Made by a program: the position numbers and the translations under genes
Part shown: one piece after another, positions 38,101-51,064 of the stretch
Numbering within the stretch: the first letter of the stretch is position 1
How the letters are laid out: the number at the start of each line of letters is the position of its first letter
Source: Marsupella aquatica
Lineage: Eukaryota; Plantae; Marchantiophyta
Assembly: GCA_973895155.1 (NCBI GenBank)
Contig: OZ316892.1
Location: forward strand, 6,803,251 to 6,867,250
Length of the DNA: 64,000 bases
Direction of reading: 5' to 3'
The notes under the pieces: generated by a model
The model's input: only the letters and a program-made list of their open reading frames with translations
Told to the model about the DNA's origin: nothing
The model's database searches: none

Positions 38101-38867
38101 TCCCTGCGTTCATCTTTGCCTGCTTCTCCTTGTTATCTTGTTGCCCACTGGCTCAAAAGTGTCTATAACGTCCTCAAGTCCATAACTGGAGACTTATACG
38201 GACCCCGGGGGATGTGTATCGTATCGTCTAGAAATACCCAGGGGGTTGCTGTACTGGAAGCCAATCTTCATGTATAGCGAAGCAAGTTCGTGAACAATTT
38301 TATGCTTTCCTATTGGTGACGACCATTCTAACAGCTCCGTATTTCTAATGTCATGAAGCTCTATACAAGGGATGCAGTTCGTGGGTGGCGAGAGAACGGT
38401 GATCTAGTCTTGAAGGAAGCTACAGCGAACAGTATTCTAATCGATTACATTTCTGAGAAGCGGGAGCATTTGCTTGTTGATTTTGATGACCACTTGGCCG
38501 ATGTCAGCAAGTGAGTGTCTAGCAATGATCCTTCCAGAACTATGATCTGAGTATTTGAAATTCTTGTTGATGATCTGCTCTTCAATCAATATAGGACGTG
38601 TCAGGTCCTGAACTCAGTTGCAGTAATGTTTTCTTTGAACTGTTCGAGGGAATAGATTTGTCTAAATTCTTCTCATCCATTCTCTCTCGTCTGAGATTTG
38701 TATTAGGGCAATGGTCGATACTTAATGCATTTGACAGTTTAGCTTATTTTCTTTTGCATAGAAGCTATTTCTGTGAGAGATGCTTTAAGCAGATGTTGGC
38801 TTCACGTTGTTCTCAGCCTGCGACTGTTCTGTGCAGGGATTGGTTGAATCCTAACCTATTCAATTGA
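35148..38867 (+). CDS. EMC8/9: ER membrane protein complex subunit 8/9 homolog (MPN-like, COX4NB family), 5 exons
   Basis: Exons approx. 35148-35396, 37148-37300, 37836-37895, 38359-38510, 38837-38867. Motifs KTVLHALKHPSSAVSGVLVG, DAVPLFH, IVGYYHANE and LVDFDDHLADVSKDWLNP. Confidence 0.92.
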
Positions 38868-40329
38868 GGTGGCCCACGTCTATGTCGTACTTGTTGATTG
38901 AATTGTAAGTTCTCAAACCATTGTAAATCTTCACGAAATACTTCCATGGTGATGATATCTGCTATTTGCCATTGGTTCATTCAAACTTTTGTACATGGAA
39001 AGGATTGTGAAAGTTGGGGTTGCCTAGCACTGAAGTAATGTATGTATCTCTAGTCATTGCATTGATAAAGAAATAAGGGGAGTCGACTATGGGGAAACCT
39101 GCTATTGTGATAGCCTTTTCTGATGAGTATTGTATAATAGTATGAACCTTCTCCTTTATGTAAACTATTACGTGTGTACTGTTGGTTAGTTCTGTGCTGG
39201 AAAATAATGATATTTTTAATATCGGATAGTGTTGCAGGGACTTCTGCACGTGGAAGATTCTTGAGTAGGTTCAAACGTTTACCATACTCGGGATTCTTAC
39301 TACATCATGGAATACAGTGCACACTGATCCTGATATAGTAACCCACTTGGTTATGGAGCATCCCCCTACATCAAGGGGTCTATCTGAATTATCCAAAGAG
39401 TACCCAGGGGGCCCATACTATGGGGGAAGCGGCTGCGTATCCCCACTTCAATATTGTTTTTTAGAGTTGTTGATTTGATCCTTATTGGGTAAAGGTGGTT
39501 ATGGTCACCGGGTTCAACATGCTGAAGTACCCAAACCATGGTATAAAGAGCGTCCCTTTAATAGAAGGTTCAAAAGGCTTTGATACCCCCAAAAATGGAT
39601 CGTCTCCCGGTTATCATGTCCCTGGACTCATTTTTGAAATCGTGAACTTATCGCAATAAGAGAGAGCCTTATTGGTCCCTCCCTTCGAAGGCACTATGTT
39701 TTATTCTCCACATTAGTCGAGTGGTCTTGGGTCTTTGACTTTTGTGAGGGTAAAATGAAACTTTCTGATGTGCGAAAATCTGAAGGAACGGAACAGTCCA
39801 GATCTGATCTAGTGTATTCATTGACTCAGGTTGTCATTCACACACAGTGTCGCAACCCCTCTCAGATCTGACTGCCCGAAAAGCCTGTCTGTACCCAGTT
39901 TCAGTGCACCTGAGTGCATCGAACCCAGTTTCAGTGCACCTGAGTGCATCGCAGGACACCCACAAGGTTTTTTTCAATATTTGAGATGCCCCAGTAAATT
40001 ATGATTCTATTGTACACAATATAATATCCAATCGGGTCCAACCGGGACAGTTGATTGATCACGACTTCTGACCCAATGAATAAAGGTCCTCTTGTAGCAA
40101 TCGGGCCCTCCGTTCCAATCATGACTCCCGGCGCGTGATTGGTCGGGCTTCACATTTGGCACCCGACCAGTCATTCTTGCTGCCCCGGGTTGCAACACTC
40201 ATAAGGGTGATCATGCATGAAAATTAATTGTATTTGAAAGGCCATACTATAAATATATTGAGCCCTGACCATACAAACAAATATATTGGAATTCAAGGCG
40301 AAGATAAGACACGACAAGGAAGGTGGTTC

Positions 40330-40710
40330 ATGGACATTGGCCGAGGATTGATTTTGGGTGGTCAACCAGCGGAGAAGGTGATTGGGAGTTGCTCAACATG
40401 ACTTCTGGCAGATACCTGACTTGTTTGCTGGCTCTAGTTCATGCAATTTTTGTTTTTTCCTTCTGTCCATTTGGGGACCCTCCTTGCCACCTTCCACTTG
40501 CCCCTCCTTCCTGGTAGTCCGGTTGGGAGGTCCCCCCATTATTTTCTATGGGTGTGCTCCCTCTCTTAGCCCCCGTTAATTGTTTTTTGGTTGAGTCCCA
40601 TTCTTTGCTTTCTCCTTCTAGGCAGATGTACTCTTTTTGCCTGGGTATTCCCGAATAAAGTTTCCTGGGTCGTGCTCCCTTTTTGAAAAAATAATAATAA
40701 TAAAATAATA
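40330..40710 (+). mobile_element. Second LINE-like 3' end
   Basis: T-rich UTR-like tract, AATAAA near 40654 and an A/(AAT)n tail at 40686-40710. Confidence 0.45.
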
Positions 40711-41600
40711 CAATCATAATTTACTCTCGAGGATAAGGTGCCTTCCATTTACTTGAGAAGACCTGGAAGAATGTAAGAGGATCTGGAACTGGGTGATGAA
40801 GTTGGTACAGAGGGCGATGGGCAACTCGGGATTCTCTGTGAATGCTGCTCAGGCGATCATTGGGGCACCGCTATCCAGATCCACTTCGAAAACTCCACTT
40901 AAACTGTGGCAGATAATCAGGGGGATTACGAATTGGCATCTGTGGAAGGCTCGTTGCTCTCTGGAGAAGGAAAAGGTTAGGATTACAGAATTTGGAATCC
41001 AGATTAAAATCTGGAGGGAACTCAGATTGAACATGAGGGTGGCTTGGACTCAGTGTTCTAGGCGTATGTTACTCTATAATCTTCCTGTGCCTGAGAATCA
41101 GGAACTAAGAGGAAGAATGATTCGTGACTTTGGTAGAGAGGGTGGATTATACAGGATTACTGAGTGACTTTTCATAGTGGAATACACTCCATTATGGTTG
41201 TTTGACCCACCTTGAGCCGGATTGGCTTTTGGGGTGGGGTTTAGTTAGTGGCAGTTGGGGTTACCTCTCATTGAGGTTTTTCCGCTGAAGTACAGTAGGT
41301 CAGATATTGGTTATTACTGATTCTCCCCCTGTTTCTTTTGTGTGAGTTTAGCCCTAGGTGCTGCTTGTGCATTTTTAGTTGCTTTTAGTTGGCTTTTTCT
41401 GGTGGAGCTGATTTGATGGCTTTTCACCTGTTATCCTGTTTGGCCCTTGCTCACTTGACTGAATGTGTTCGGTCTTAGTGTTGCTGTTGGTCTGTGACCT
41501 GTCTTGGGTCTGGCCTGTTTTACCCGCTTTTATTGGGTTTTACTTCTCTTCTATGTAAAGTACTCCGTTCAAGATAAGAAAGAAAGAAGAAGAAAAAAAG
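40711..41600 (+). mobile_element. 5'-truncated LINE 3' end (ORF2 C-terminus, T-rich UTR, A-rich tail)
   Basis: Frame reads C..IW.W..LWQIIRGITNWHLWKARC and, past one stop, ends WLFDPP* at 41215. It is followed by a T-rich tract and an A-rich tail at 41571-41600. Confidence 0.7.
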
Positions 41601-41749
41601 AGTACGATGATGCCGTCCTACCGTCAGCAGCGCAAGAGGCGGGCAGACAGCCAACTCGGTCAAGCAAAAGAAAATGGGAGTAAATGACCGCGGCCCCCCG
41701 GCCAGCCGAGCCTGAAACGGCAGACAGCCAAACGGGCAAGCAAGAGAAT

Positions 41750-42402
41750 AGGGGGTCTCAATTATTCGCCCGCGTGCCCATACGGGCTGCCCGGTTTTGA
41801 CCCAAAACGGACGTCCGCCAAAAGGGTGCGGGCGTCCGAAACCCTGGTCGTCACACATCTGGCCCGGGAGCCAACGTTGTCCCGTGACCGTTTGGCTGCC
41901 TGTTTAGTCGCGGCTTGCCTTGCCTCCTCCCCGCGCCTGCCTCCCCTCTCCCGAGCCCAAGGTCCTAGGGCAACGTCAAACGCTGCCGAACGCTATGGCT
42001 GCTCATCGCTCATGGATGAGAAGTTCGCGACTTCGCAGCTCCTGAAGGGAAGGGTAGGGAAGGTTGGAGTTTAGGCAGCGCCAACGCAGCTGCTCGAGAG
42101 TTCCGGTGCTGATGATCGATCAATCGAGAGAAATTATCCCCCTCCCCCCCCACCCCCTTTTAGAGTGGGCGTCATCCCGGCTACGGCTATGGCGGGCCGT
42201 CTCAAAATTCTCCCGCCCCCCCTTTTAGTGTCCATCATCCCGGCCCCGTAGTGGGCGTCATCGCGGCCCTGCCTTGGCGGGCCGTCTCAAAGATCTCCCC
42301 CCCCCCCTTGCTTAGAGTCCATACGGGCTGCCCGGGGCCCTTGTCGTGGGCGTCAGCCCGGGACCGTTTTGGTGGACCGGGGCCTCATAATTGAGACCCC
42401 CT
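41750..42402. mobile_element. GC-rich non-autonomous TIR DNA transposon (MITE, about 650 bp)
   Basis: Perfect TIR AGGGGGTCTCAATTAT (41750-41765) / ATAATTGAGACCCCCT (42387-42402), flanked by AAT on both sides (or by TA if the TIR is read one base shorter). Internal repeats GTGGGCGTCA..GGCGGGCCGTCTCAAA. Confidence 0.8.
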
Positions 42403-42419
42403 AATCATGATTCATGAGT

Positions 42420-42720
42420 CATGCCTGCGGCCCGCCGGTCAGCAGAAGCAGAGCGGGCAGACCGCCCACAGATTCCAAGCTAAATTAAAGTACTAGCATG
42501 ACGTACTGTATGGCAGCAGAGGCAGAACGGGCAGACCGCAGACGGCCCACGAGTTTCAAATAAATTAAAATACTAGAATGACGTCTGCCCGAGGCCCGCG
42601 GGTCATTTTGGGCAGACGAGGGCAGACATCCCACGAGTTCAAGTAAATTAAAATAGTGGCATGGCGTCTGCCCGAGTCCCGCCGGTCAGTTGAGGCAGAC
42701 GCGGGCAGACAGCAAACACG
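42420..42720. repeat. GGGCAGAC-rich tandem repeat, unit about 80 bp
   Basis: Recurring GGGCAGAC..CCCACGAGTT..AAATTAAAATACTAG.ATGACGTCTGCCCG; related motifs at 41610-41745 on the other side of the MITE. Confidence 0.75.
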
Positions 42721-45097
42721 GACAAGCACGCGCAGTCGCACCCAAATCCCATCCCCGAGCGTGTACATAATTATCTGGCACTCCGCTCTCATGAATGTTG
42801 GCGGAATCGTACTATGAGACATCTTATGGAATATGGTTAAGTTATATGGATGCTGCAGATTTTTCCTAAACAGCAGAAATGATTACATTCAAAACAAAAA
42901 GGAAGAAATGAATATCTACAGTAGTGCATCCCTAGTGAATCTAATTCCACTCTTCACCGTTATCAGCGTTGTCGAGTAATTAGGTTACTACCAAATACGT
43001 CAGGGTAATTGTATATCAAAAATTATATGTTTAGAATACACTGAATGAAATACGTAATTCCGGTTCATCCCTAAAAGACACATACATTTCACATGGATTT
43101 GACATGAATGGACGATGAAATTTGACAGAATCCATCGTGATAAACCTCAAAGGGTCATCAAGTAACAAGTTTCATTTTGAGGGTCCGTCAAACAAATACC
43201 TCTTTTTTTCTTGTACTACAAGGGTGATGGTGTACCCATTTACTGAGGACCCCTTGCAGTGAACAACAGCCAAGGCAGCAGGGACAACCACCAGGCCAAC
43301 CAAGAGCATCCAAGCAAACAGCCACTCTTCCCTACTTTGCTGCGGCAGGGAAGCCACAAGTTTGCAAGGACACAGAAGCAACACCTGTGAGACCCCATTT
43401 ACAATTCAATAACATCATTTCCCATTACCCTCTAGGTCTATCTTATTGTGACTCAATAAAACAAGGAGTGAAAACTAAATACCAGTTTTGCAAGGAGCTT
43501 TTGTCACCCCTTGTTTATCCTCATGGTATTTTTGCGATGGATCAAAGAATCTCAGATTAGGATCCATGTGGATGATGTGCAATGTCTCTCAAGCCAACAA
43601 AACCACACAAATGTAACTCAATACATAAACAACTCAAGTTTGAGTCGGAGTGGAATTTTTGTCAAGCAGCGGGGAGAGTGATGGGTTGAGCATGTAAAGG
43701 CAACACAGAGGCTCCTTTAGGTCTATCTCATGGTTATGAAAGATGCCATTGAAATCTTACAGCCAGGGAGGCTTTTGGCCAGAATGACATTTAGTGAACA
43801 GACCATGAGAAAGGAAAAGCAGAATTACATATAATAGTGTCTAAATACTAGATGTGAGCGGAAACAAGGATTTTGCTACAGTCCATCCGGGTTGCAAAAG
43901 TCTACCCAAGCATTTTGGCAAACTTGGACTCCATTCGGGTTTCAAGTGATCAATCTCAAACCAATACACGATAATCAGGCTAAGAATTACCCCTCGTTGA
44001 CAGTGTACCTGCACATAATAAAGATGAGGATCCTTCCCGTGCACCTGTGCTTATTTAACGCCTGACATCATTCTATTGCTCTCACAGATCACGCTTTCCT
44101 CACCATTCTAGTTCATGCATCGTCTCTGCCTTCAAGAGAAAAGCTTACTCTGCACGTGGTATGATACATCAGGACATTATTTTGGAGGCCAGCGTACTCA
44201 AGAGAGGGAGGCCGTGCTATCAAACCACTTTGTTTGTAGGCAAACAATCTACAGTAGATGTGATCGGTTCATGCACCGTTTTGGGTCTCCTTCTCTAGTC
44301 TGCTCTCGTCCTACAAACCCACCAACCTTAGCCCTCTCTCGGCCGTGATTCATGTCTTCTCTCTCTCTCTCTCTCTCGCTTCATCAGAAGCTATGCTACT
44401 AGAAGTATTGTAGAACGCAAAAAAGGGAAGGAAGCAATCTACAGGAAGATCCTGTTTTTCTTGTCCTCGACAGCCATGATCGAGTTGAGAGAGAACGAGC
44501 GAACCAGTTGGATGACGTGTTTCACTAGCACCGCTGTGTAACCACAGACCCAGCTTTTAAGCTGTGCTGACGATCTTTTGGCTGGCTTGGCTGCAGATAT
44601 AGTTTGTAGGAATTGTTTGCGAAAGCGTCCTGGAGGTCTTATCATTTCCGTTAGCCTTCACATCATCATCGTCATCAGCAGGGACACAATCCATATCATT
44701 CCCATTAGCGTTCACATCATCATCGTCATCTGCAGCGTCACAACCCAATTCCAGCAGGAGCAGCAGGGGCAGAAGCAGCGTCGTAAGCTCACAGCACTTT
44801 GTTGGTTTTTGAGATCGAGTTCTGTGTTTGTGAATTCAATTCCTTTCGGGGTATAAGTCATCCGTCACCCGTGATGTAGTCCCTGCTGCTACTCCAGTAT
44901 TGTACTCCTTCCTACAATTTTTTTCTGCTGTAGGATTTGAGCAAATGTTAAAATCCTTGCTTTTTTGTGGGCAATAGGCAAGGCAGACTTCAATTTGCTG
45001 ATTAGAGGCTCGGTGGCGTCGAGAGCAACCAATTTCTTTGTCTGGATTGGAGTGTGAATAAAGATCGGTTGAGAGACGAGAGGAAGACGAAAGAAAA

Positions 45098-47954
45098 ATG
45101 GCGAGAGAGCCGGTGAAGAATGTGGGGTCGAAGGCAGAGCTAGAGTCTACCGTGAAAGAGGGCAGCGCTGTATTTGCCCACTTCTGGGCGTCGTGGTGCG
45201 AGCCTTCGAAGCAGATGGACGAGGTCTTTGCGCAGCTTGCCGTCGACCATCCACATGCGATGTTCTTAAGGGTACGATGGATGATTTTCGTTTATCCTGC
45301 ATCGTTGTCTTCCTCTACTATGGAATGGACTATTTACCGGCTGTATCTCTAGGGCGTTTAGTGTACTTTGGATAATCAATTCAGTCTGTCAATTTTTTTC
45401 TCTGGCCAGTGTCGTCTCGTCTGGAGGGCATTTCCCTATGATGTTGCCTCTACGAACTTGTTCCAGGCTGCTCGCATCCATGGAGCACTTTCTCATGTTC
45501 GAAGCAGAATTGTCTCATGAGAAAGTCTCCTTACATCGTCCCCTTCTTTTCTCCTGCTTTACCCGTGGTGTTATGCTATCGGAGAGCTTTTGGGCCGTCG
45601 TTGCTTTGGTGTTTGCTCTAATATCTGTCGAGCATTTCTCTCATCAGCGATTCTCGACTCCATCGGTGTTTTCCTGCTCGAGATCAAAATTGGCTTGTCT
45701 GCCGTGATCGCTGTAGGCAACTGTCCCTTTTCTTGTTAGAGGTTCTCTATCTCATCCTGAGGTCTTTCCCCCACTGCCTATTTTCCGTTTCCGGAGGATT
45801 GCGCTTAGGCTCAAGACGGGCTCGAAGGTGGTTTTGCGGTGATTTTACCCTGGTTCGATCTCGTAATCAATCCCTTGGTACGAGAATCATTGATGTGGAA
45901 TTTTCACAGCTTATCTTGCGGACTGTGAATGCTTTCGTCGGCCAGAATTGTTGCCCATAGTATCTTCTTTTCGGTGCCAAGCTGATGAGTGTCAATAGAC
46001 TTCGTCCTCGTAGTCTTTTGAGTTCCAAAAGAAAGACATTTGGGTTCGAGACTTCCCCCCATTGACTGCGGCCTCAATTACGGCCTAGCGAAGCACGAGG
46101 GTGATGCTAAGTGCAATTCGAGCTTTTATTGTTCACGATTTTCTCAGATTACTGTAGAGGAAGAATTTTGAGTTGTACCCTGCAGTTAGGAGATTTTCTG
46201 GACTCTGGCCATGGCGGTTAAATATTCTACTGGAGGTGTATGAAACGAGTCATCTTTGGGTGGTATTGTCTAGAGTGGATACGTTCATCATCCCATATCC
46301 AACGATCCATCTGGACGTGAAAATATCGAGCAGCCAATTAGGGATAACATCTTTTTATTGGAAATTAGGTTAAAACACTGATTACAAGCAAGATCTATGA
46401 CCAATGATGGCTTTAGAATGGCCAGACGCGCACTACACAGAAACCCGTGAGGGTATGAAAGGCAAGTTTGTACAGTGGACAATACTGACAAGTTGCCTGT
46501 TGCAACAGGTTGAAGCAGAGGAGCAACCTGAGATCACAGAAATTTACGGAGTCTCAACCGTGCCATACTTCGTCTTTTTCAAGGTTTGTTGAAATTGTTC
46601 GATTGATATCTTTGTCTCGTAATGTCACATAGCCACTTGGGGTCGTAGGTAATCTCGGGTGAGCTTTGATTGCCTTCTTGCAATTCTCTCTAGTGAAGGC
46701 TTGGTGAGAATGAACTTCACACATTCTTGGATTGCCCAGGATGGACTACTAGCCGATAAGCTGGAGGGTGCGAATGCTCCTGAGCTGGCAAACAAAGTTT
46801 CCAAGATTGCCGGACCAGTTCCCTCGTCGTCCGCAGCAGACATTGGATCCCGAAGTCTTGGTTTGACTGCGGGTCCTGTTGTTCTCGAAGCAGCGCAGCA
46901 GGCCCACCAGACAAATGGAACTGCCAAGCATTCAGATGAAGGTCAATCACCAGCTCTCAGTAACACCCTCCAGGCTGAGCTTCTCTCATTGATAAATTCA
47001 CAGCCTGTAATTGTTTTCATTAAGGGAACGGTTAATGAGCCAAGATGTGGTTTCAGTCGGAAGGTGGTAGATGTCCTGAAAGAAGAAGGGGTTAAATTTG
47101 GAAGTTTTGATATTCTGAGTAACGAGTCAGTGAGACAGGGACTTAAAATCTTTTCTAAATGGCCGACTTTTCCACAACTTTATGTCAAGGGAGAGCTGAT
47201 TGGGGGAGCTGATATTGTGGTTGAAATGCATAAGAGTGGAGAACTAAACCAATTATTTGCTGACACAGAGCTTGTAAACAAATCCAATGGGAACTCCGCA
47301 GTATTGTCTGAAGCCAAGGAGGAGGCAACAGATCTAAACAGCAGGCTCAAGGCGTTAATCAATTCCAAGCCTGTTTTACTCTTTATGAAGGGAACAAAGG
47401 AGGAGCCAAGATGCGGTTTCAGCAAGAAGGTTGTGAATGCGTTGAACGAGACAGGAGTTGAATATGGAACCTTCAACATTTTGAGTGACGAGGAAGTCAG
47501 GCAAGAACTCAAGACGTATTCAAATTGGCCAACATACCCACAGCTATACGTGAATGGAGAGTTGTTAGGTGGATGTGACATCATTCTAGAGATGAGCAAA
47601 AATGGAGAATTGAAACAGACCTTTGGTGACAGCGGTCTTTTGCCAAAACCAAGTCTTAATTACAGACTAAAACAGTTGATCAATTCTTCAGACACCATTT
47701 TGTTCATGAAGGGAACCCCAGAAGAGCCGCGATGTGGATTCAGTCGCAAGGTAGTCAGTGCTTTGCAAGAGGAAGGGATCCAATTTGGAAGTTTCAACAT
47801 CCTGAGTGACGATGAAGTGAGGCAAGGTTTGAAGGCCTTTTCCAATTGGCCAACCTTTCCTCAGCTCTACCACAAGGGGGAACTAATTGGTGGCTGTGAT
47901 ATCATCATGGAGATGAAAGGCAATGGGGAGTTGAAGTCCGCTTTAGCTGCCTAA
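45098..47954 (+). CDS. GRXS17: Monothiol glutaredoxin S17 (TRX-like domain plus three CGFS Grx domains), 3 exons
   Basis: Exons 45098-45271 ([10 protein letters not shown]), 46509-46583 and 46740-47954. The last exon carries three repeats of F(M/I)KGT..EPRCGFS..WPT(F/Y)PQLY..GEL(I/L)GG.D. Confidence 0.96.
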
Positions 47955-49543
47955 AGTATACTAATAGAGTAATGTCCCACGGTGGTTCACCGACAATAGC
48001 TGAGAAAAGTTTTACTAAGAAAAGGGCATGGCTCCGCGTGGAATTCTTGCCACTCAATTTTGTATCGTGCAGGTCTAAACACAGACCGACTCTGCTGTTC
48101 TTGTAGGCTGAACATGCAGGTTTGCAATTCCCTGGAGCCCAAATCGTCTTAGAAGTTTCTGAGAGCTCGTTTGGATGACATGCAGTGAGTGAGAGAACTT
48201 GCCATTTAAGTTCTGCCGCACTGCATCTGAAAAGTAGATATATTTGGAGAACAGGGTTCGAATATCTGGAGGTAAAGTGCACGACTTTCACTGTGGCCAA
48301 ATCTATGTAGAGGCGTGACAATGTTCGCACGAAGTACCTGAAGGTACATCAGTCTAGTCCCTTGTACACAGATGAAAGCTTTTGTTGTTAGAAGATGCCT
48401 GTCCAACCACTACTACTTCGACGTCGGACGGAGGGTACGTCTTTCGAGCGAAGCGTTGTGGGTCAGGTAAGTTATTGGTGACTATGTATATGATTACTAA
48501 CGTCCCCTGACCCCGTAGTCGTCAGAAAACGATAGGCTCTATTAGGTTGTTAGTTATCATTAGCTTTACGGACTATCACTTGGAAGTGAGGCAATTAACT
48601 CTAGCACCCACCATCACATGTTTTGTTTCAAATGAAATTAATAAAAGCTAGGCAGTTTCACAGAATATGGACTAGGGAGACTCCACCTAACAGAAGCTCG
48701 TTTTATAATAGCCATCTTCAGGCAACTTGCATCTTTTACCAATATGCTTCCAAAAGCTTCTCTTCGAACTTTCTCTTACGGTTATCTGTGTACTGCAGTC
48801 CACCCCAGGGAACAGAAAAAATTACACGAGCTGAATGATTTTTAGAATACAAGGTCTCCAAATCCTCTGGCTCAATTCCCGGACTCTGAGAAACGAATTT
48901 GCTCGTTGAGCACCCACCCTCCTCCACCCACAGCATCTTACGCACAATCCTCTGCGGCCTCTCCTAAAGCAGCTAAACAAAGGCTATCCTTCAAAGTTCT
49001 ATTCGTTGCCGCCACTTGAACGGAACATCCAAAGCTCGAATACAATCCTCTACACCAAAGGCCGTGAAGGAAGTCTGAACTTTGTCATAAAGGGCTTCAA
49101 CTACTGTAGTGGGCCTTAACCAGCAGGAGTACTCTATGAATGAAGGGTTGACTGGATTTCTAATATCGGACATAGTCACTGTGGTCGATTATTACACGAG
49201 ATCACCACGCAAGGTTTTACCCAGTCAGATGCATTCATCGTATTAGAACGGAAAGTTGATATGGCGGTTGCCAACCACGAACCGGAGAGGTTACATTGAC
49301 ACTCACGAACCGGAGAGGTTACATGTTACACCAATGCAGAAATTTGTAACTCTTGATGCGCATTCCAACCTTTTAAATAAAGTTGACCTAGTAACAGACG
49401 TCAAATTTTTCATGTCACAGCTTGGGTGCTCATCGAGTATTCGGAGGGAAAAAATCAAGAAATCATGTTGTGGGAATCTTGAATGATTCCTTGTTTAAAT
49501 TTAATGTATAGTTTAGAACGAGACTTCTTGTCCGGCATGGTAT

Positions 49544-51064
49544 CTACTTCTTGACAAGCAGAACCACTGTATGTGCTGCGATACTCCTGTTCTCCCCCAG
49601 GCTATCAACCTTCTCATGAGTTTTGGCTTTCAAATTCACTACTGATGGATGAGCTTGGAGCAGCTCACAGAGATTGGCTCGGATGGCTTCTTTATGCGGG
49701 CTCAACTTCGGTCTTTGTAAGATCAAAGTTGCATCCAAGTTGCCCACCTCATAACCAGCTTCATGCATTCTCCTCACCTGCACATCCATCTGATGCAGTT
49801 CAGCAGTGTGTTCAAGAAGATGTGGGAAAGTATCAAAACCAGTCAATTGACAGAATTGATAAGGGACTAGAATTGACTTACCGCTTCCCTCATGAAGACA
49901 TCAGAGGTGCATCCCTTCCACTGTGGATCATTGTCAGGAAAGATCATTCCGATGTCGGGAAGCCCCAGAGCTCCTAGAAGAGCATCTACTACACAGTGAA
50001 ATAAAACATCTCCTGTGCTCACAAAAAAACACTTTGGTGTCAAGGTCACATCCTCCAGGGAATCGGGACAACTTGCACGAAAAACTCATCTCAACAGCAA
50101 GGCCAAAAGCACAGAGTGGACATGAGCATGTATAATAATGGAAACGCCCCACAAGATGATCATCATATGAATCCTGAATTTGGAATCCATCCAGGAGAGG
50201 CAATCCAATTATCAAATCCCATATTGCATGAACCACCCTTTGTTAGCACCCTAAAGCGACCGTGACAACAAGGAAAGGCAGAAAAGGTATACCATCGGAA
50301 TGAGCCTCACAGCCACGGTCGTGGGGGATGTTGACCCCACCGATGATGAGAGGAAGACCAGGCTCCAGCCGATGCAAATCAAATCCATGGCCGATCCTGA
50401 ACGGCAGAACAGGGGCTTCCTGCTGCTCTGGCTTCGAGACCTCTTTGTCCAGCACAGTGTTCAGTGCCCTGCACGATAGGCGGTTGCTTGGGAACTGTCT
50501 TGACTCGACCCTCGTCGAGCTCAGGTCCCTACCGTGTCAATCAAGACGAGCTTCATCAGCTTTGCAATTCCACCATGAGATGGAACCCATCACCACTAAT
50601 GGCCTTTACACCTAGTGCAACCACATATGCTATATTCTCTACATTAAACCAACACCTTATCGGGTGTTTCTTACTGAATTTTTTTAAAGTCCCCCAATCG
50701 AAACTTGCACTCATTAATCTGCAGAACATGGAAAAGATTTGTGGCGAGGTCGCCTCCAGGCTAACAGCCAGAACCTTAGTGGCCTCTAAATCCACAATTC
50801 TAAATAAATCCACCCGTTGATACAGCAGTGTGAGCAATGCTTGAATAGACGGGCCTTAATCTTTCGTAATCTTTCATATTCAAAAGAGCATGATGGCTGC
50901 AGTCAAGTATTGGGAACTCACCTCACTGGGGCTCGGGAATAGATGGCAGGAACGCCACCAGACGATGACGAAGAAGAAATCTTCGCTGGAGCCGCTCCTC
51001 CTACAGCTAGTCCAACTGCAGGTGCTACTTGCAAACCCACCACGCTCTGAATCGCTGCTGCCAT
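49544..51064 (-). CDS. ISPF: 2-C-methyl-D-erythritol 2,4-cyclodiphosphate synthase (MEP pathway) with plastid transit peptide, 4 exons
   Basis: Exons 51064-50922, 50528-50293, 50012-49882, 49777-49544 with consistent phases. Motifs [39 protein letters not shown] and [16 protein letters not shown]. Confidence 0.95.

Noticed and set aside
38523-38615. Box C/D snoRNA-like pattern (ATGAT..CTGA..TGATGA..CTGA) in the last EMC8/9 intron
   Set aside because: The C box is degenerate (ATGATCC), there is no terminal stem, and I recognise no rRNA-complementary guide; snoscan or Rfam would be needed.
44557-44748. Asp-rich minus-strand ORF
   Set aside because: It has a non-ATG start and arises from the (CAT)n-containing duplication in the GRXS17 leader.
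47180-47873. Minus-strand ORFs over GRXS17
   Set aside because: Antisense shadows of the real coding exon.
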